DNA of 64,000 nt, taken from an uncultured Lysobacterales bacterium. GTDB lineage: Bacteria; Pseudomonadota; Gammaproteobacteria; Xanthomonadales; SZUA-36. The notes beneath the pieces were generated by a model. The model did not search any database, was not told the origin of the DNA, and worked only from the letters and a program-made list of their open reading frames with translations. Location of the stretch: positions 12,265 through 76,264 of the forward strand of contig CALBDB010000052.1 in the NCBI GenBank assembly GCA_937927755.1, read 5' to 3'. Both the position numbers and the translations under genes were made by a program. Of this stretch, positions 49,092 through 59,085 are shown piece after piece. The first letter of the stretch is position 1. Each line of letters starts with the position of its first letter.

Positions 49092-51323
49092 ATGAGCTTC
49101 TTCGCCGAACTCAAACGCCGCAATGTTTTCCGCGTGGGTATTGCCTACCTGGTGGGCAGTTGGTTGTTATTGCAACTCACGGATGTACTTTCAGAGTTGC
49201 TTGATCTGCCGGACGTAGTTGGGCGGTCCATTGTTTTGGTGGTTGCGATTGGGTTGCCAGTGGTGTTGTTTTTCGCCTGGGCATTCGAAATGACACCGGA
49301 AGGCGTCAAGCGCGAAAAAAACGTGGATCGCAGCCAATCGATCACGCCCCAGACCGGCAAGAAACTGAACGTAACCATCATGGTGCTGATGGCGCTGGCA
49401 ATTGGATACCTGTTATTCGACAAGTTTTCAGCGCCGACACAACCAGTGCCAGACCACTTTTCTCAACAAGCTTCAGATCAAGCTGCCGAATCCAATGAGG
49501 AAAGTGAGCCTGTCGCCGCCAAAACCGAGTCGGTTATCAGTGAGCAATCCATTGCCGTTTTGCCCTTCAGCAACCGCAGCAACCTGGAGGAGGACGAGTT
49601 TTTCGTCGAGGGCATGCACGATGACCTGCTCACCAACCTGGCCAAGATCGGGTCCTTGAAAGTCATTTCCCGCACCTCGGTGGCACGCTACAAGGATACT
49701 GAAATCCCCATCCCTGAAATTGCCAGGGAACTGGGTGTAGCCACCATCATGGAAGGCGCAGTCCAACGTGCCGGTGGCATGGTGCGTATCAACGTGCAAT
49801 TGATCGACGCGCAAACCGATGAGCACCTGTGGGCGGAAATCTTCGACCGCGAACTGACCACCGAGAACCTGTTTGCAATCCAAACCGAGATCTCAAAAGA
49901 AATCGCTTCGGCACTGAAAACAACCCTTTCTGCAGACGAAATTGAGCGGGTCGATCAACGCCCAACGGATAACCTGGCCGCCTATAGCGCGTACTTGCGT
50001 GGACGGCAATTGATAGCCAGGCGCACCGCTGAAACCGTCGACCAGGCATTGATAGAGTTCGAGCGCGCTGTCGAGTTGGACCCGCAATTTGCACTAGCAT
50101 GGGCAGGCATCGCCGAGGCCGCATGGCTGGCCCTGTGGGTCAGTGATATGAACAGGCCCGAAGCGATTCAACTTTCTCAGGAGGCCGTTGATAAAGCGAT
50201 GGCTATCAACGATCAACTGGGGGAAGTACAGCTGGCCCGGGCAGAAATGCTGCGCCTGACCAGGGGCGATGATGCAGAGAGAGAAGCCGCTTACAAGCTT
50301 GCCATTGAATTGAGCCCGGGACATGCACAAGCGTGGCAACATTACTCGGACTTCGTCAGCGGCTTTTCAGACCGTCTCGACGAGGCGCTTGCACTGGCGA
50401 GGAAAGCTGCCGAACTTGACCCATTGTCAACGGCCATTCAAAACCAGGTCATCGAAATTCTGCGCAACCAGGGTAATTACGAAGAAGCAGAGCAGCGTCT
50501 GTCCCGATTGATTCAACAGGACCCCGGTTTCGCAGGTTCCTACAGACAAATGGCTGACCTCAAATCAAATATGGGCCAATTCGATGAAGCCCTTTATTGG
50601 TTGCACCAGGCACAGTCGCTGGACCCGGGCAACATCCGTTTTGTCATGCGCGAAATATTTCCACAGATGGATATAGGAAACACAGTGGAACTCGATCCAC
50701 TGCTGGCGCGCATGGCAGTCATGGATCCCGACAGTTCAACCCTGAGTTTCATGGAACTAATGATCAACATCTACAAGGGAAACCTGGATGCGGCATTGGA
50801 AGCTGCAAGGCTGTTCGACCAAAAAACGGGCTTTAACCCTAATGGCAAATTTCCTCAGGCGATGGTCCACATGCTGCAGGATGACCAGACGGCGTTCCGC
50901 AATATCGTACAGGAAATCATGCCAGCCTATTACGACAGCGAGACTTTCCAGGAAGGCCTTGAGTGGAGACCATGGATTGGCTGCAACGTGGCCTGGTCCA
51001 TGGTCCAGGCCGGTGATAAGGAAATGGGTTTCGACCTCGCGCGCCAATCCATTGAGCACCTGCGGAACAATTTTCCAGACAGTAACGAAGACCTTTTCAC
51101 GGTGCTCTGCTACATGGTGCTGGACCAGCCTGATCAGGCATTGTTGCAAATTGAAAATGCTGTCGAAAGCGGCAAAGTGAACGGTTGGTGGAGGGAGTTT
51201 CAACATCCTGCATTCCAGTTGCTGCAATACGATCCGCGCTTTGCTGCCGCACAAGCGGCCATCCAGTCGATGATTGCCGCGCAACGCGAGAACCTCCTGC
51301 GACTTGAAAAGGAGAACGGATGA
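49092..51323 (+). CDS. Array paralog 1: 3-TM N-module + TolB-N-like (COG5616-type) domain + TPR-like tail
   Basis: 743 aa. 'MSFFAELKRRNVFRVGIAY', 'FAWAFEMTPEGVKREKNVDRSQSIT', and the most divergent core of the set ('SIAVLPFSNRS...RINVQLIDAQTDEHLWAEIFDR'). GGGAGG Shine-Dalgarno. Confidence 0.8.
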   Translation: MSFFAELKRRNVFRVGIAYLVGSWLLLQLTDVLSELLDLPDVVGRSIVLVVAIGLPVVLFFAWAFEMTPEGVKREKNVDRSQSITPQTGKKLNVTIMVLMALAIGYLLFDKFSAPTQPVPDHFSQQASDQAAESNEESEPVAAKTESVISEQSIAVLPFSNRSNLEEDEFFVEGMHDDLLTNLAKIGSLKVISRTSVARYKDTEIPIPEIARELGVATIMEGAVQRAGGMVRINVQLIDAQTDEHLWAEIFDRELTTENLFAIQTEISKEIASALKTTLSADEIERVDQRPTDNLAAYSAYLRGRQLIARRTAETVDQALIEFERAVELDPQFALAWAGIAEAAWLALWVSDMNRPEAIQLSQEAVDKAMAINDQLGEVQLARAEMLRLTRGDDAEREAAYKLAIELSPGHAQAWQHYSDFVSGFSDRLDEALALARKAAELDPLSTAIQNQVIEILRNQGNYEEAEQRLSRLIQQDPGFAGSYRQMADLKSNMGQFDEALYWLHQAQSLDPGNIRFVMREIFPQMDIGNTVELDPLLARMAVMDPDSSTLSFMELMINIYKGNLDAALEAARLFDQKTGFNPNGKFPQAMVHMLQDDQTAFRNIVQEIMPAYYDSETFQEGLEWRPWIGCNVAWSMVQAGDKEMGFDLARQSIEHLRNNFPDSNEDLFTVLCYMVLDQPDQALLQIENAVESGKVNGWWREFQHPAFQLLQYDPRFAAAQAAIQSMIAAQRENLLRLEKENG

Positions 51324-51348
51324 TGGATCACGGGAAAGGAGGTAAACG

Positions 51349-53229
51349 TTGAGCTTCTTCGCCGAACTCAAGCGCCGCAATGTCTTCCGCGTAGGGATCG
51401 CTTACGCCGTCACTTCATGGCTGCTGATCCAGGTCACCGATATCCTGTTTGAATCCATCGGTACCCCGCCCTGGGTCATGCAAGCCATGTTCGTGGTATT
51501 GGCAGCTGGGTTTGTCATTGCGCTGATCTTTGCCTGGGCTTTTGAGCTGACCCCGGAAGGTGTTAAAAAAGAAAAAGATGTGGACCATGAAGCGTCCATC
51601 GCGCCAAGGACCGCTCAAAAGCTCAATATGGTAATCGGCGTCTTGCTGGTCATTGCCCTGGCATATATTGCCTATGACAAGCTGTTCCTTGAAACCGATG
51701 ATGCATCGGACGTCACCGAAATCAGTTCTTTAGAAAGTGAACCACCAGCAAGCGAAGCCACTTCCGAGCTAACTGAGCCAGAACAAAAACCTGCCGACAC
51801 TCAAAAATCCATCGTTGTCCTGCCCTTCGTGAATATGAGCAATGACCCGGAACAGGAGTTTTTCTCTGACGGGCTATCGGAAGAGCTTTTGAACGTTTTG
51901 GCGCAAATCAAGGATTTGCGGGTCATCTCCCGCACCTCGGCTTTCGCGTTCAAAGGCAAGGATGTCGATATTCCCACTATCGCCGCACAACTCAATGTAA
52001 CCCACGTGCTTGAGGGCAGCGTGCGAAAAGCCGGCGAAGACATACGTATCACCGCCCAGTTGATCGAGGTGAAGACCGATTCTCACCTGTGGTCCGACGC
52101 TTATAACCGCAAGCTGGAAAACGTCTTCGAAATCCAGGAGGAAATCTCAAAGGCCATCGCCGCCGAACTGCAGGTCACGCTGGGAACATCAGGCAAGACC
52201 GGCAGGCCAACGGAAAGCCTGGAAGCCTGGCAGTTATTCCTGCGCGGCAGACACCTTTACCAGAACCGTGGTAAGGCGCAATTGGAGCGGACCATAGAAC
52301 TGCTTAAACAGGCCGTAGACCTCGATCCGGATTTTGACGAGGCATGGGCAAACCTCGCCGCGGCCAATGTGGTTAACGGTTACAGTGAAGAAGAAGGTTA
52401 TTCAGACTTTTATCGCGAAGGAAAGCTTGCTGCTTCACGCGCCATCGAGATCGACCCGGACAATGGTTTTGCCCATGCGGTCCTCGGCCTGGTGCATATG
52501 TCTGAACTCAACTGGGATGAAGCCATGCGGGAACTTGACCTTGCCATCCAGCTAAACCCCAACGAAACAAACTCCCTGCTTTGGAAAGGCATTTCCTTGA
52601 TCGCTCTCGGCTATGTGGACCAGGCCAGCGCCATGTTTAAGCAGGCGGAGCGCCTCGACCCGGCATTTACCAATGTCCACAATTGGCTCGCATCCACTTA
52701 CCGCGTTAAGGGGGATGTTGAAAATATGCGTCGGCATATTAGAAAGCTCCAGCGCCTCGACCCCGACTTTCCCCTGGACAGTTTTATTAACTTCGCACCT
52801 TATTCCGGCGACCTGGATACCGCTGAGGAATTAATGCGCGCAGAGGAAGTTAGAAACCTCGGGTCCGATGTCCTGGCTGTAGCCGCGTTTTCAGCCCTGA
52901 GGGATTCCGGGCGTAAAGAAGAGGCAGTGAAAACCCTGCTGGCAAATGAAAGCCTGGCCAGTGCTAGCGACTTGGCACCCTACCTTTGGAAAATAGGTGC
53001 AATAGGCGAGACCATCGCAAATTTCCAACAGCTTTTCGAACGAGGCCGTGGTCTGCGTGCCACAAATTCCCTGCAAATTTTCTGGGACGACTTTAACCGG
53101 GATCAATTGTCGGACCCGGCGGTTACTGAATTTTTTGAGTCCATCGGCATGGTGGCTTACTGGCGCAAACACGGCGACCCGGATTACTGCCGGGTTGACG
53201 GTGCACACGTCGAGTGCGGTGACCTATGA
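51349..53229 (+). CDS. Array paralog 2
   Basis: 626 aa. The TTG start is supported by an AAGGAGG Shine-Dalgarno and by MSFFAELKRRNVFRV homology. Core 'SIVVLPFVNMSNDPEQEFFSDGLSEELLN...RITAQLIEVKTDSHLWSDAYNR'. C-terminal 'YWRKHGDPDYCRVDGAHVEC'. Confidence 0.8.
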   Translation: MSFFAELKRRNVFRVGIAYAVTSWLLIQVTDILFESIGTPPWVMQAMFVVLAAGFVIALIFAWAFELTPEGVKKEKDVDHEASIAPRTAQKLNMVIGVLLVIALAYIAYDKLFLETDDASDVTEISSLESEPPASEATSELTEPEQKPADTQKSIVVLPFVNMSNDPEQEFFSDGLSEELLNVLAQIKDLRVISRTSAFAFKGKDVDIPTIAAQLNVTHVLEGSVRKAGEDIRITAQLIEVKTDSHLWSDAYNRKLENVFEIQEEISKAIAAELQVTLGTSGKTGRPTESLEAWQLFLRGRHLYQNRGKAQLERTIELLKQAVDLDPDFDEAWANLAAANVVNGYSEEEGYSDFYREGKLAASRAIEIDPDNGFAHAVLGLVHMSELNWDEAMRELDLAIQLNPNETNSLLWKGISLIALGYVDQASAMFKQAERLDPAFTNVHNWLASTYRVKGDVENMRRHIRKLQRLDPDFPLDSFINFAPYSGDLDTAEELMRAEEVRNLGSDVLAVAAFSALRDSGRKEEAVKTLLANESLASASDLAPYLWKIGAIGETIANFQQLFERGRGLRATNSLQIFWDDFNRDQLSDPAVTEFFESIGMVAYWRKHGDPDYCRVDGAHVECGDL

Positions 53230-55040
53230 GTTTCTTTGCTGAACTCAAACGCCGAAACGTCTTCAAGGTGGCTGCGGCCTATATCATCGTCGGCTGGCTT
53301 ATCATGCAGGCCGGCGACACGTTGGCCCCTGCCCTTCATTTACCCGACTGGATCAATTCCGCACTCGCGTTCTTCCTGATCCTTGGCTTTCCCCTTGCAA
53401 TATTTTTTGCATGGGCTTTTGAAATGACCCCTGATGGCCTGAAGAAAGAAAAAGATATTGATCGGAGCCAATCTATCACCAGCGTCACGGGCCAAAAGTT
53501 GAATAATGTGATTATCGGTGTGCTGGTATTGGCATTGGGTTACTTCGTCATCGATAAGTTTGTACTCGATCCAAAGCGTGATGTGGAATTTGCAAGCTCT
53601 GTCCGGTCCACACCGGCGCCGGTTTCGGAGGCTGACAACCCCCAAAAACAATCCATTGCCGTACTTCCGTTCGTCAACATGAGTGATGATGGCGCTAACG
53701 AATACTTCTCAGACGGACTCTCGGAAGAGTTGCTGAATTTGCTCGCCAAGATTCCTGAGCTCAAGGTAGCGGCCCGGACATCTTCTTTCCAGTTCAAAGG
53801 TCAAACCGGTGATATCGACACCATTGCCAGGAAATTGAAAGTTGCAAATATTCTCGAAGGTAGCGTGCGCAAGTCCGGCAACCAGGTGAGGATTACCGCG
53901 CAACTGATCAAGGCGGATGACGGATATCACCTGTGGTCTGAAACCTACGACCGTACACTCGAAAACATCTTCCAGGTGCAGGATGAAATCGCAGTGGCGG
54001 TAGTAGACGCCCTGAAGATTACATTGCTGGGAGAGGCGCCGGTTACAACTGAAGTCAATCCTGATGCTTACGCACTGTTTCTCCAGGGCAGATACTACTT
54101 TACGCAAAATAGCGATGGGCCGAGTTCCCGCAAAGCAGTTGATGCATATAAAAAAGCGCTTGAGATCGACCCGGATTACGCGGCCGCGTGGGCCGGGCTT
54201 GCGCTAGCCACCGCCTGGCGGGCCGGATTTGGACACATTGAATATGAGCCCGGCGTAGCAAGTGCACTTGCTGCTGCCGAAAAGGCTGTCGAACTGGATC
54301 CGGACCTGGCCCTCGCCTGGGTCAGCTTGTCAAACACCCAGGGAAGCTACCTGTGGCAATGGCAGGCCAGTTACGAATCAGCTCAAAAGGCAATTGAACT
54401 GGATCCCGCCAATAGCACAGCGCTCTCACAAGCAGCGCAGATAACACGGGACCTGGGCGAGTTTGAACAAAGCCTGGCTATGTATCAGAAGGCGGTAGAG
54501 CTTGATCCGCTAAATCTCGAGGCCATTAGCCAACTGGCTCGGGCTTATGACAGCGTAGGCAGGCATGAGGAAGCGGAACAGCAATATCTGAACCTGATGA
54601 ATCTGATCCCCGATCGCGAGGGGGTACACAGTCAATATGCATACACACTGCTTCTGATGGGCCGCTTCCAGGATGCGCTTGCAGTAGCGGAAAAGGAACA
54701 GGACGCCATTTGGAGATCACTTCTCACGGTTTTCGCATTGTATAGTCTGGATAGAATTGAGGAATCAGACGCCGAACTGCAAGCATTCATCGAAAATCAC
54801 CAGGATTTCTGGGCATACCAGATTGCCGAGGTCTATGCATGGCGCAATGACGCAGATGCAGCTTTCAAGTGGCTTGAGTCCGCCTTTAGTTACCGTGACC
54901 CGGGTCTCAGTAATCTCTTGAGCGATCTTACCCTGTCAAACCTGCACCACGATGTGCGCTGGGAGCCATTTCTGGCCAAAGTCGGCTTGCTCGAACCCTG
55001 GCAAGCCTTGCCCGACAAATACAAGGGACCCAGGCAATGA
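53226..55040 (+). CDS. Array paralog 3
   Basis: 604 aa. ATGA overlap with paralog 2. 'MSFFAELKRRNVFKV', 'FAWAFEMTPDGLKKEKDIDRSQSIT', core 'SIAVLPFVNMSDDGANEYFSDGLSEELLN...RITAQLIKADDGYHLWSETYDR'. Confidence 0.8.
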   Translation: MSFFAELKRRNVFKVAAAYIIVGWLIMQAGDTLAPALHLPDWINSALAFFLILGFPLAIFFAWAFEMTPDGLKKEKDIDRSQSITSVTGQKLNNVIIGVLVLALGYFVIDKFVLDPKRDVEFASSVRSTPAPVSEADNPQKQSIAVLPFVNMSDDGANEYFSDGLSEELLNLLAKIPELKVAARTSSFQFKGQTGDIDTIARKLKVANILEGSVRKSGNQVRITAQLIKADDGYHLWSETYDRTLENIFQVQDEIAVAVVDALKITLLGEAPVTTEVNPDAYALFLQGRYYFTQNSDGPSSRKAVDAYKKALEIDPDYAAAWAGLALATAWRAGFGHIEYEPGVASALAAAEKAVELDPDLALAWVSLSNTQGSYLWQWQASYESAQKAIELDPANSTALSQAAQITRDLGEFEQSLAMYQKAVELDPLNLEAISQLARAYDSVGRHEEAEQQYLNLMNLIPDREGVHSQYAYTLLLMGRFQDALAVAEKEQDAIWRSLLTVFALYSLDRIEESDAELQAFIENHQDFWAYQIAEVYAWRNDADAAFKWLESAFSYRDPGLSNLLSDLTLSNLHHDVRWEPFLAKVGLLEPWQALPDKYKGPRQ

Positions 55041-56890
55041 GTTTCTTCAGTGAACTCAAACGCCGCAATGTCTTCCGCGTTGGCATTGCCTACCTGATAG
55101 TTTCCTGGCTGCTGGCACAGATTGCCGAATTATTGCTGGAAACTTTTAATGCGCCAGACTGGACCATGCAGTTTATCGTGGTCGTGTTAATGGTTGGTTT
55201 TCCCATTGCCGTATTCTTCGCCTGGGCATTCGAATTGACACCCGACGGCGTCAAACGCGAGTCTGACGTCGATCGCTCCCAGTCTATTCGTGCCGAGACC
55301 GGCCGCAAGCTGGACCGAAGCATCATTTTAGTCCTGGTGGTTGCGCTGGCTTATTTTGTGTGGGAATCGCGTTTCAGCCAGGATATCGCCACACCTCCGG
55401 CAATCGAACCAATTGCCGAAAGCAGTGAACAGCAGATAACACAACAAGCAGATACGGAAACGCAGTCTGTCGCCGTTTTGCCGTTCGTTAATATGTCCTC
55501 AGACCCGGAACAGGAGTACTTCTCCGACGGTATCACCGAGGAAATCATCAATGCGCTGGTTAAAATCCCGGGTCTTTCGGTGCCTGCCCGCACATCCGTG
55601 TTTGGCTTTAAGGGTCATCAGGGCGATGTTCGCAATATCGGCGAACAGCTGAGCGTTGCGCACGTGCTGGAAGGCAGCATTCGCTCACAGGGCGACCAGG
55701 TACGTATCACGGCACAGTTGATCAAGGTCGATGACGGCTTTCACCTGTGGTCTGAGACCTATGACCGCAAGCTGGACAATATCTTTGTCGTGCAGGAAGA
55801 AATCGCTAAAGCAATCGCCACGGTGCTGACCGGGGAACTGGGTCTGGGGGTCGTCACCGTTCCGAACAAGACCCGCAACATGGCGGCTTACGATAGCTAC
55901 CTGCAGGGCCGCGCGCTGTTGCATAAACGTGAGAACCTCGACCAGGCCGTGGCTTTTTTCCAGCGGACCACGGAACTCGACCCGCAGTTTGCCCCCGCAT
56001 GGGCCGCGATGGCGCTGACCTATTCGGTTATGGATTCGACCCCTGAGCTTCTGGATAAATCCATCACGACGGCCAGACATGCCCTTTCGCTTGATCCGGA
56101 AAACGTCGACGCACTGGATGCCCTGGCAAGCGCCCTGCGCGACAGCTGGCAATGGGCCGAAGCAGAAACCTACTTCGAACGGGCCATGAGCATCGACCCG
56201 CAATCTTCCGAGTTGCTGGAAGATTACGCGGAGTTCCTCGGCACGGTCGGCCGTTTTGACCAGTACCTGTCAACGGCCCGGGAGGGTTACACGATCGACC
56301 CGCTGCTCGGACCACTGGCCGACGCCTACGTGTCGGCGCTGATGTTCGACGGTCAGTACATCAGGGCAATGGAAGTCATAGAGCAATGGAACAGGTTAAA
56401 AGGAAAGGCACAGATCATCGCATGGTGGTATGAGCCTTATTGGAAGATGCTGCCCCTGATGGCAAGTGGCGATGACGCCGGGGCGATTGCAATGGCCAAC
56501 CGGCTGGGCCCCGAGAACATGGCGGAACCGATCAGTACTGCGATCATCGCTATGCTGGAAAACCCCGCGAATGAGCAGGCACGGGATGTCCTCAGAGCCG
56601 CTATCAGTGGCGAAAACAGAAACTATTACGATGCGGATGCCTGGATGGCCAACCTTGTCCTGGCCCATACCGGCGATATTGATTTTGTCATCGACGACAT
56701 CATCACTGAAGCGCAAAAATTCAGATTTGGCAATATTGAAGATATCTGGTCGCCCATTTACGGGAAACTCAGGCAACACCCCCGGTTTGAAACATTCCTC
56801 GAATTAGTGAACCTGCCTGAATACTGGGATCAGGCCGGCTGGCCGGATATCTGTCAACGCAAAGACGATGGAAGGATTGAATGTCAATGA
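55037..56890 (+). CDS. Array paralog 4
   Basis: 617 aa. ATGA overlap. 'MSFFSELKRRNVFRV', core 'SVAVLPFVNMSSDPEQEYFSDGITEEIIN...RITAQLIKVDDGFHLWSETYDR', C-terminal 'YWDQAGWPDICQRKDDGRIEC'. Confidence 0.8.
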   Translation: MSFFSELKRRNVFRVGIAYLIVSWLLAQIAELLLETFNAPDWTMQFIVVVLMVGFPIAVFFAWAFELTPDGVKRESDVDRSQSIRAETGRKLDRSIILVLVVALAYFVWESRFSQDIATPPAIEPIAESSEQQITQQADTETQSVAVLPFVNMSSDPEQEYFSDGITEEIINALVKIPGLSVPARTSVFGFKGHQGDVRNIGEQLSVAHVLEGSIRSQGDQVRITAQLIKVDDGFHLWSETYDRKLDNIFVVQEEIAKAIATVLTGELGLGVVTVPNKTRNMAAYDSYLQGRALLHKRENLDQAVAFFQRTTELDPQFAPAWAAMALTYSVMDSTPELLDKSITTARHALSLDPENVDALDALASALRDSWQWAEAETYFERAMSIDPQSSELLEDYAEFLGTVGRFDQYLSTAREGYTIDPLLGPLADAYVSALMFDGQYIRAMEVIEQWNRLKGKAQIIAWWYEPYWKMLPLMASGDDAGAIAMANRLGPENMAEPISTAIIAMLENPANEQARDVLRAAISGENRNYYDADAWMANLVLAHTGDIDFVIDDIITEAQKFRFGNIEDIWSPIYGKLRQHPRFETFLELVNLPEYWDQAGWPDICQRKDDGRIECQ

Positions 56891-59085
56891 GCTTTTTCGC
56901 CGAACTCAAACGACGAAACGTATTCCGGGCAGGTATCGCCTACTTGATAGGTGCCTGGTTATTGGCTCAAATCGCCGACCTTCTGATCGACAATATCGGC
57001 GCACCGGATTGGGTTATGAAAACCCTGTTTGTTGTACTGGGACTGGGTTTCTTCCTGACCCTGTTTTTTGCCTGGGCGTTCGAGATGACACCGGAAGGCG
57101 TTAAACGGGAATCCCAGGTAGACCGCAGCCAGTCGATAACCAAGGTTACCGGCCACAAACTGGACCGGACAATTATCCTGATCCTGGTACTGGCGTTGGC
57201 ATACTTTGCCTGGGACAAATTTGCGGCACCTGCCCCAACTGCGATTCCAGAAACAGCGTCAACAACCGAGCAGGCCATGATCGATAAATCTATCGCCGTG
57301 TTGCCTTTCGTCAATATGAGCGCCGATGCGGATAATGAATATTTTTCAGACGGCCTGTCAGAAGAGTTGCTCAACCTGCTGGCCAAGGTGGATGGCCTGA
57401 AGGTTGCCGCCCGCACATCCTCTTTCAAATTCAAGGGCTCTGAAGCTGATATCGCTGAAATCGGCCAGAAACTGAATGTCGCCACTGTCCTTGAAGGCTC
57501 GGTACGCAAATCCGGCAACCAGGCCCGCATCACGGCACAGTTGATCAAGGTCGATGACGGGTTTCACCTATGGTCGGAGACCTATGATCGTGAACTGGAT
57601 AACATATTTGAGGTACAGGATGAGATAGCCACGGCCATCGTAGACGCCCTCAAGTTACCGCTACTGGGTCACGATGCAAAACCCGTTACCAGCACATCGG
57701 CAAACAACTTTGCCTCCTATGACCTGTACCTTCAGGGCAGGCACGAGGCGCGGCAGTATTCAGAACAAAGCTTTAAACGAGCCATCGAATACTACCTTGC
57801 ATCTCTTGAAAATGATTCATCCTTTGCACCAGCTTACAGCGGTCTTGCGGACGCCTATATGTACTTATCCGATTTTGGAGACCTGCCACAGGGCGAAGCC
57901 CAGAAACTTGCACGAAGCGCGACCGAAAAAGCACTTTCTATCAACCCTGATTCACCGGAAGCCCATGCTTCCATGGGGCTTTTGTTAAACAACCTGGGCC
58001 ATATACGCGAGTCCGACATACACTTGCAGAGAGCACTGCAGATCAACCCCAATTATGTCAATGCATTGATTTGGTACCGCAACAACCTGAATTCCCAATT
58101 CAGAAGCACCAAGGCCATGAGCGTGATCAAAAAGGCCTTGAGTGTTGATCCATTGTCACACTCTGTTCGCAGAGCCTACGCCAGCCAGTTGTATGTCCTT
58201 CTGAAGTTTGATGAGTCAGTCCAGAAAATCCAGGCACTGATTGCGGCCAACCCGGACGACCCAACGCCTTACGAGCTTTGGGGAAACATTTTCATGGAGA
58301 AAGGTCTTCCGCAAAACGCAATACCCATGTATCGCAATTCACACCGCTTAAGGCCTGGTGATATTTACATGGCGGCACAAAACGTGAACGCTGGTTTACA
58401 GTTAAACGATCCGGAACTGGTTGAATATTGGCTGGAAGAGGCGAGAAGCCGTGGCGCTGATGGCCAATGGACACGATCTGCGGAAAATGCCGTGATGTAT
58501 GCGAATGGCAAATTTGCCGAACTGCTTAGCCAGGTTGATCACTTGCTCGAGTCGCAACCGGGGCAAATGGGATTACTGAGGTATCGCCGTGACGCCTTGG
58601 TGAATATGGGTCAGATTGAAGCTGCAAAAGATACCGTGCAACAAGCCCTGGAATCCAGCGGTCATGTGAGCGGCCAATCCATCTCAGGTGATCAGCTATT
58701 TAATGTTGTTTCCCTCGCAAACGTAATGGACATTACCGGCGATACTGTCGCCCGTGACCAGTTAGTCTCGCAATCATCAAGCCTGCTAAATCATCTTCGC
58801 CAATCAGAACCGGCCAACAGTACTGTGCTTCTTCTCAGTGCAATGGTGGCATCCATTCAAAATGACCTGCCAGGTGTGCTGAGCAATCTCGAACTGGCCG
58901 TGCAGAATGGCTTTACAGATCACTGGGAACTGATCAGGAGCCCTGTATTCGCACGCTGGCAAGACAATGAAGAATTCCAGGCTTTTTATCAAAGCATGTT
59001 AAAAACCGCAGCCGATAATTTGCGTGAATACAAAACCAACAATCCCAAAGAAAAAGCCACAACGGCGAGGGAGGTTTTCGGCTGA
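56887..59085 (+). CDS. Array paralog 5
   Basis: Start set to the second ATG (56887), which gives MSFFAELKRRNVFRA and an ATGA overlap with paralog 4. Core 'SIAVLPFVNMSADADNEYFSDGLSEELLN...RITAQLIKVDDGFHLWSETYDR'. 732 aa. Confidence 0.8.
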   Translation: MSFFAELKRRNVFRAGIAYLIGAWLLAQIADLLIDNIGAPDWVMKTLFVVLGLGFFLTLFFAWAFEMTPEGVKRESQVDRSQSITKVTGHKLDRTIILILVLALAYFAWDKFAAPAPTAIPETASTTEQAMIDKSIAVLPFVNMSADADNEYFSDGLSEELLNLLAKVDGLKVAARTSSFKFKGSEADIAEIGQKLNVATVLEGSVRKSGNQARITAQLIKVDDGFHLWSETYDRELDNIFEVQDEIATAIVDALKLPLLGHDAKPVTSTSANNFASYDLYLQGRHEARQYSEQSFKRAIEYYLASLENDSSFAPAYSGLADAYMYLSDFGDLPQGEAQKLARSATEKALSINPDSPEAHASMGLLLNNLGHIRESDIHLQRALQINPNYVNALIWYRNNLNSQFRSTKAMSVIKKALSVDPLSHSVRRAYASQLYVLLKFDESVQKIQALIAANPDDPTPYELWGNIFMEKGLPQNAIPMYRNSHRLRPGDIYMAAQNVNAGLQLNDPELVEYWLEEARSRGADGQWTRSAENAVMYANGKFAELLSQVDHLLESQPGQMGLLRYRRDALVNMGQIEAAKDTVQQALESSGHVSGQSISGDQLFNVVSLANVMDITGDTVARDQLVSQSSSLLNHLRQSEPANSTVLLLSAMVASIQNDLPGVLSNLELAVQNGFTDHWELIRSPVFARWQDNEEFQAFYQSMLKTAADNLREYKTNNPKEKATTAREVFG

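Noticed and set aside
52968-52990. 'TTGGCACCCTACCTTTGG' resembling a sigma54 -24 element inside paralog 2.
   Set aside because: The -12 GC is absent at the required spacing, and the site is intragenic.
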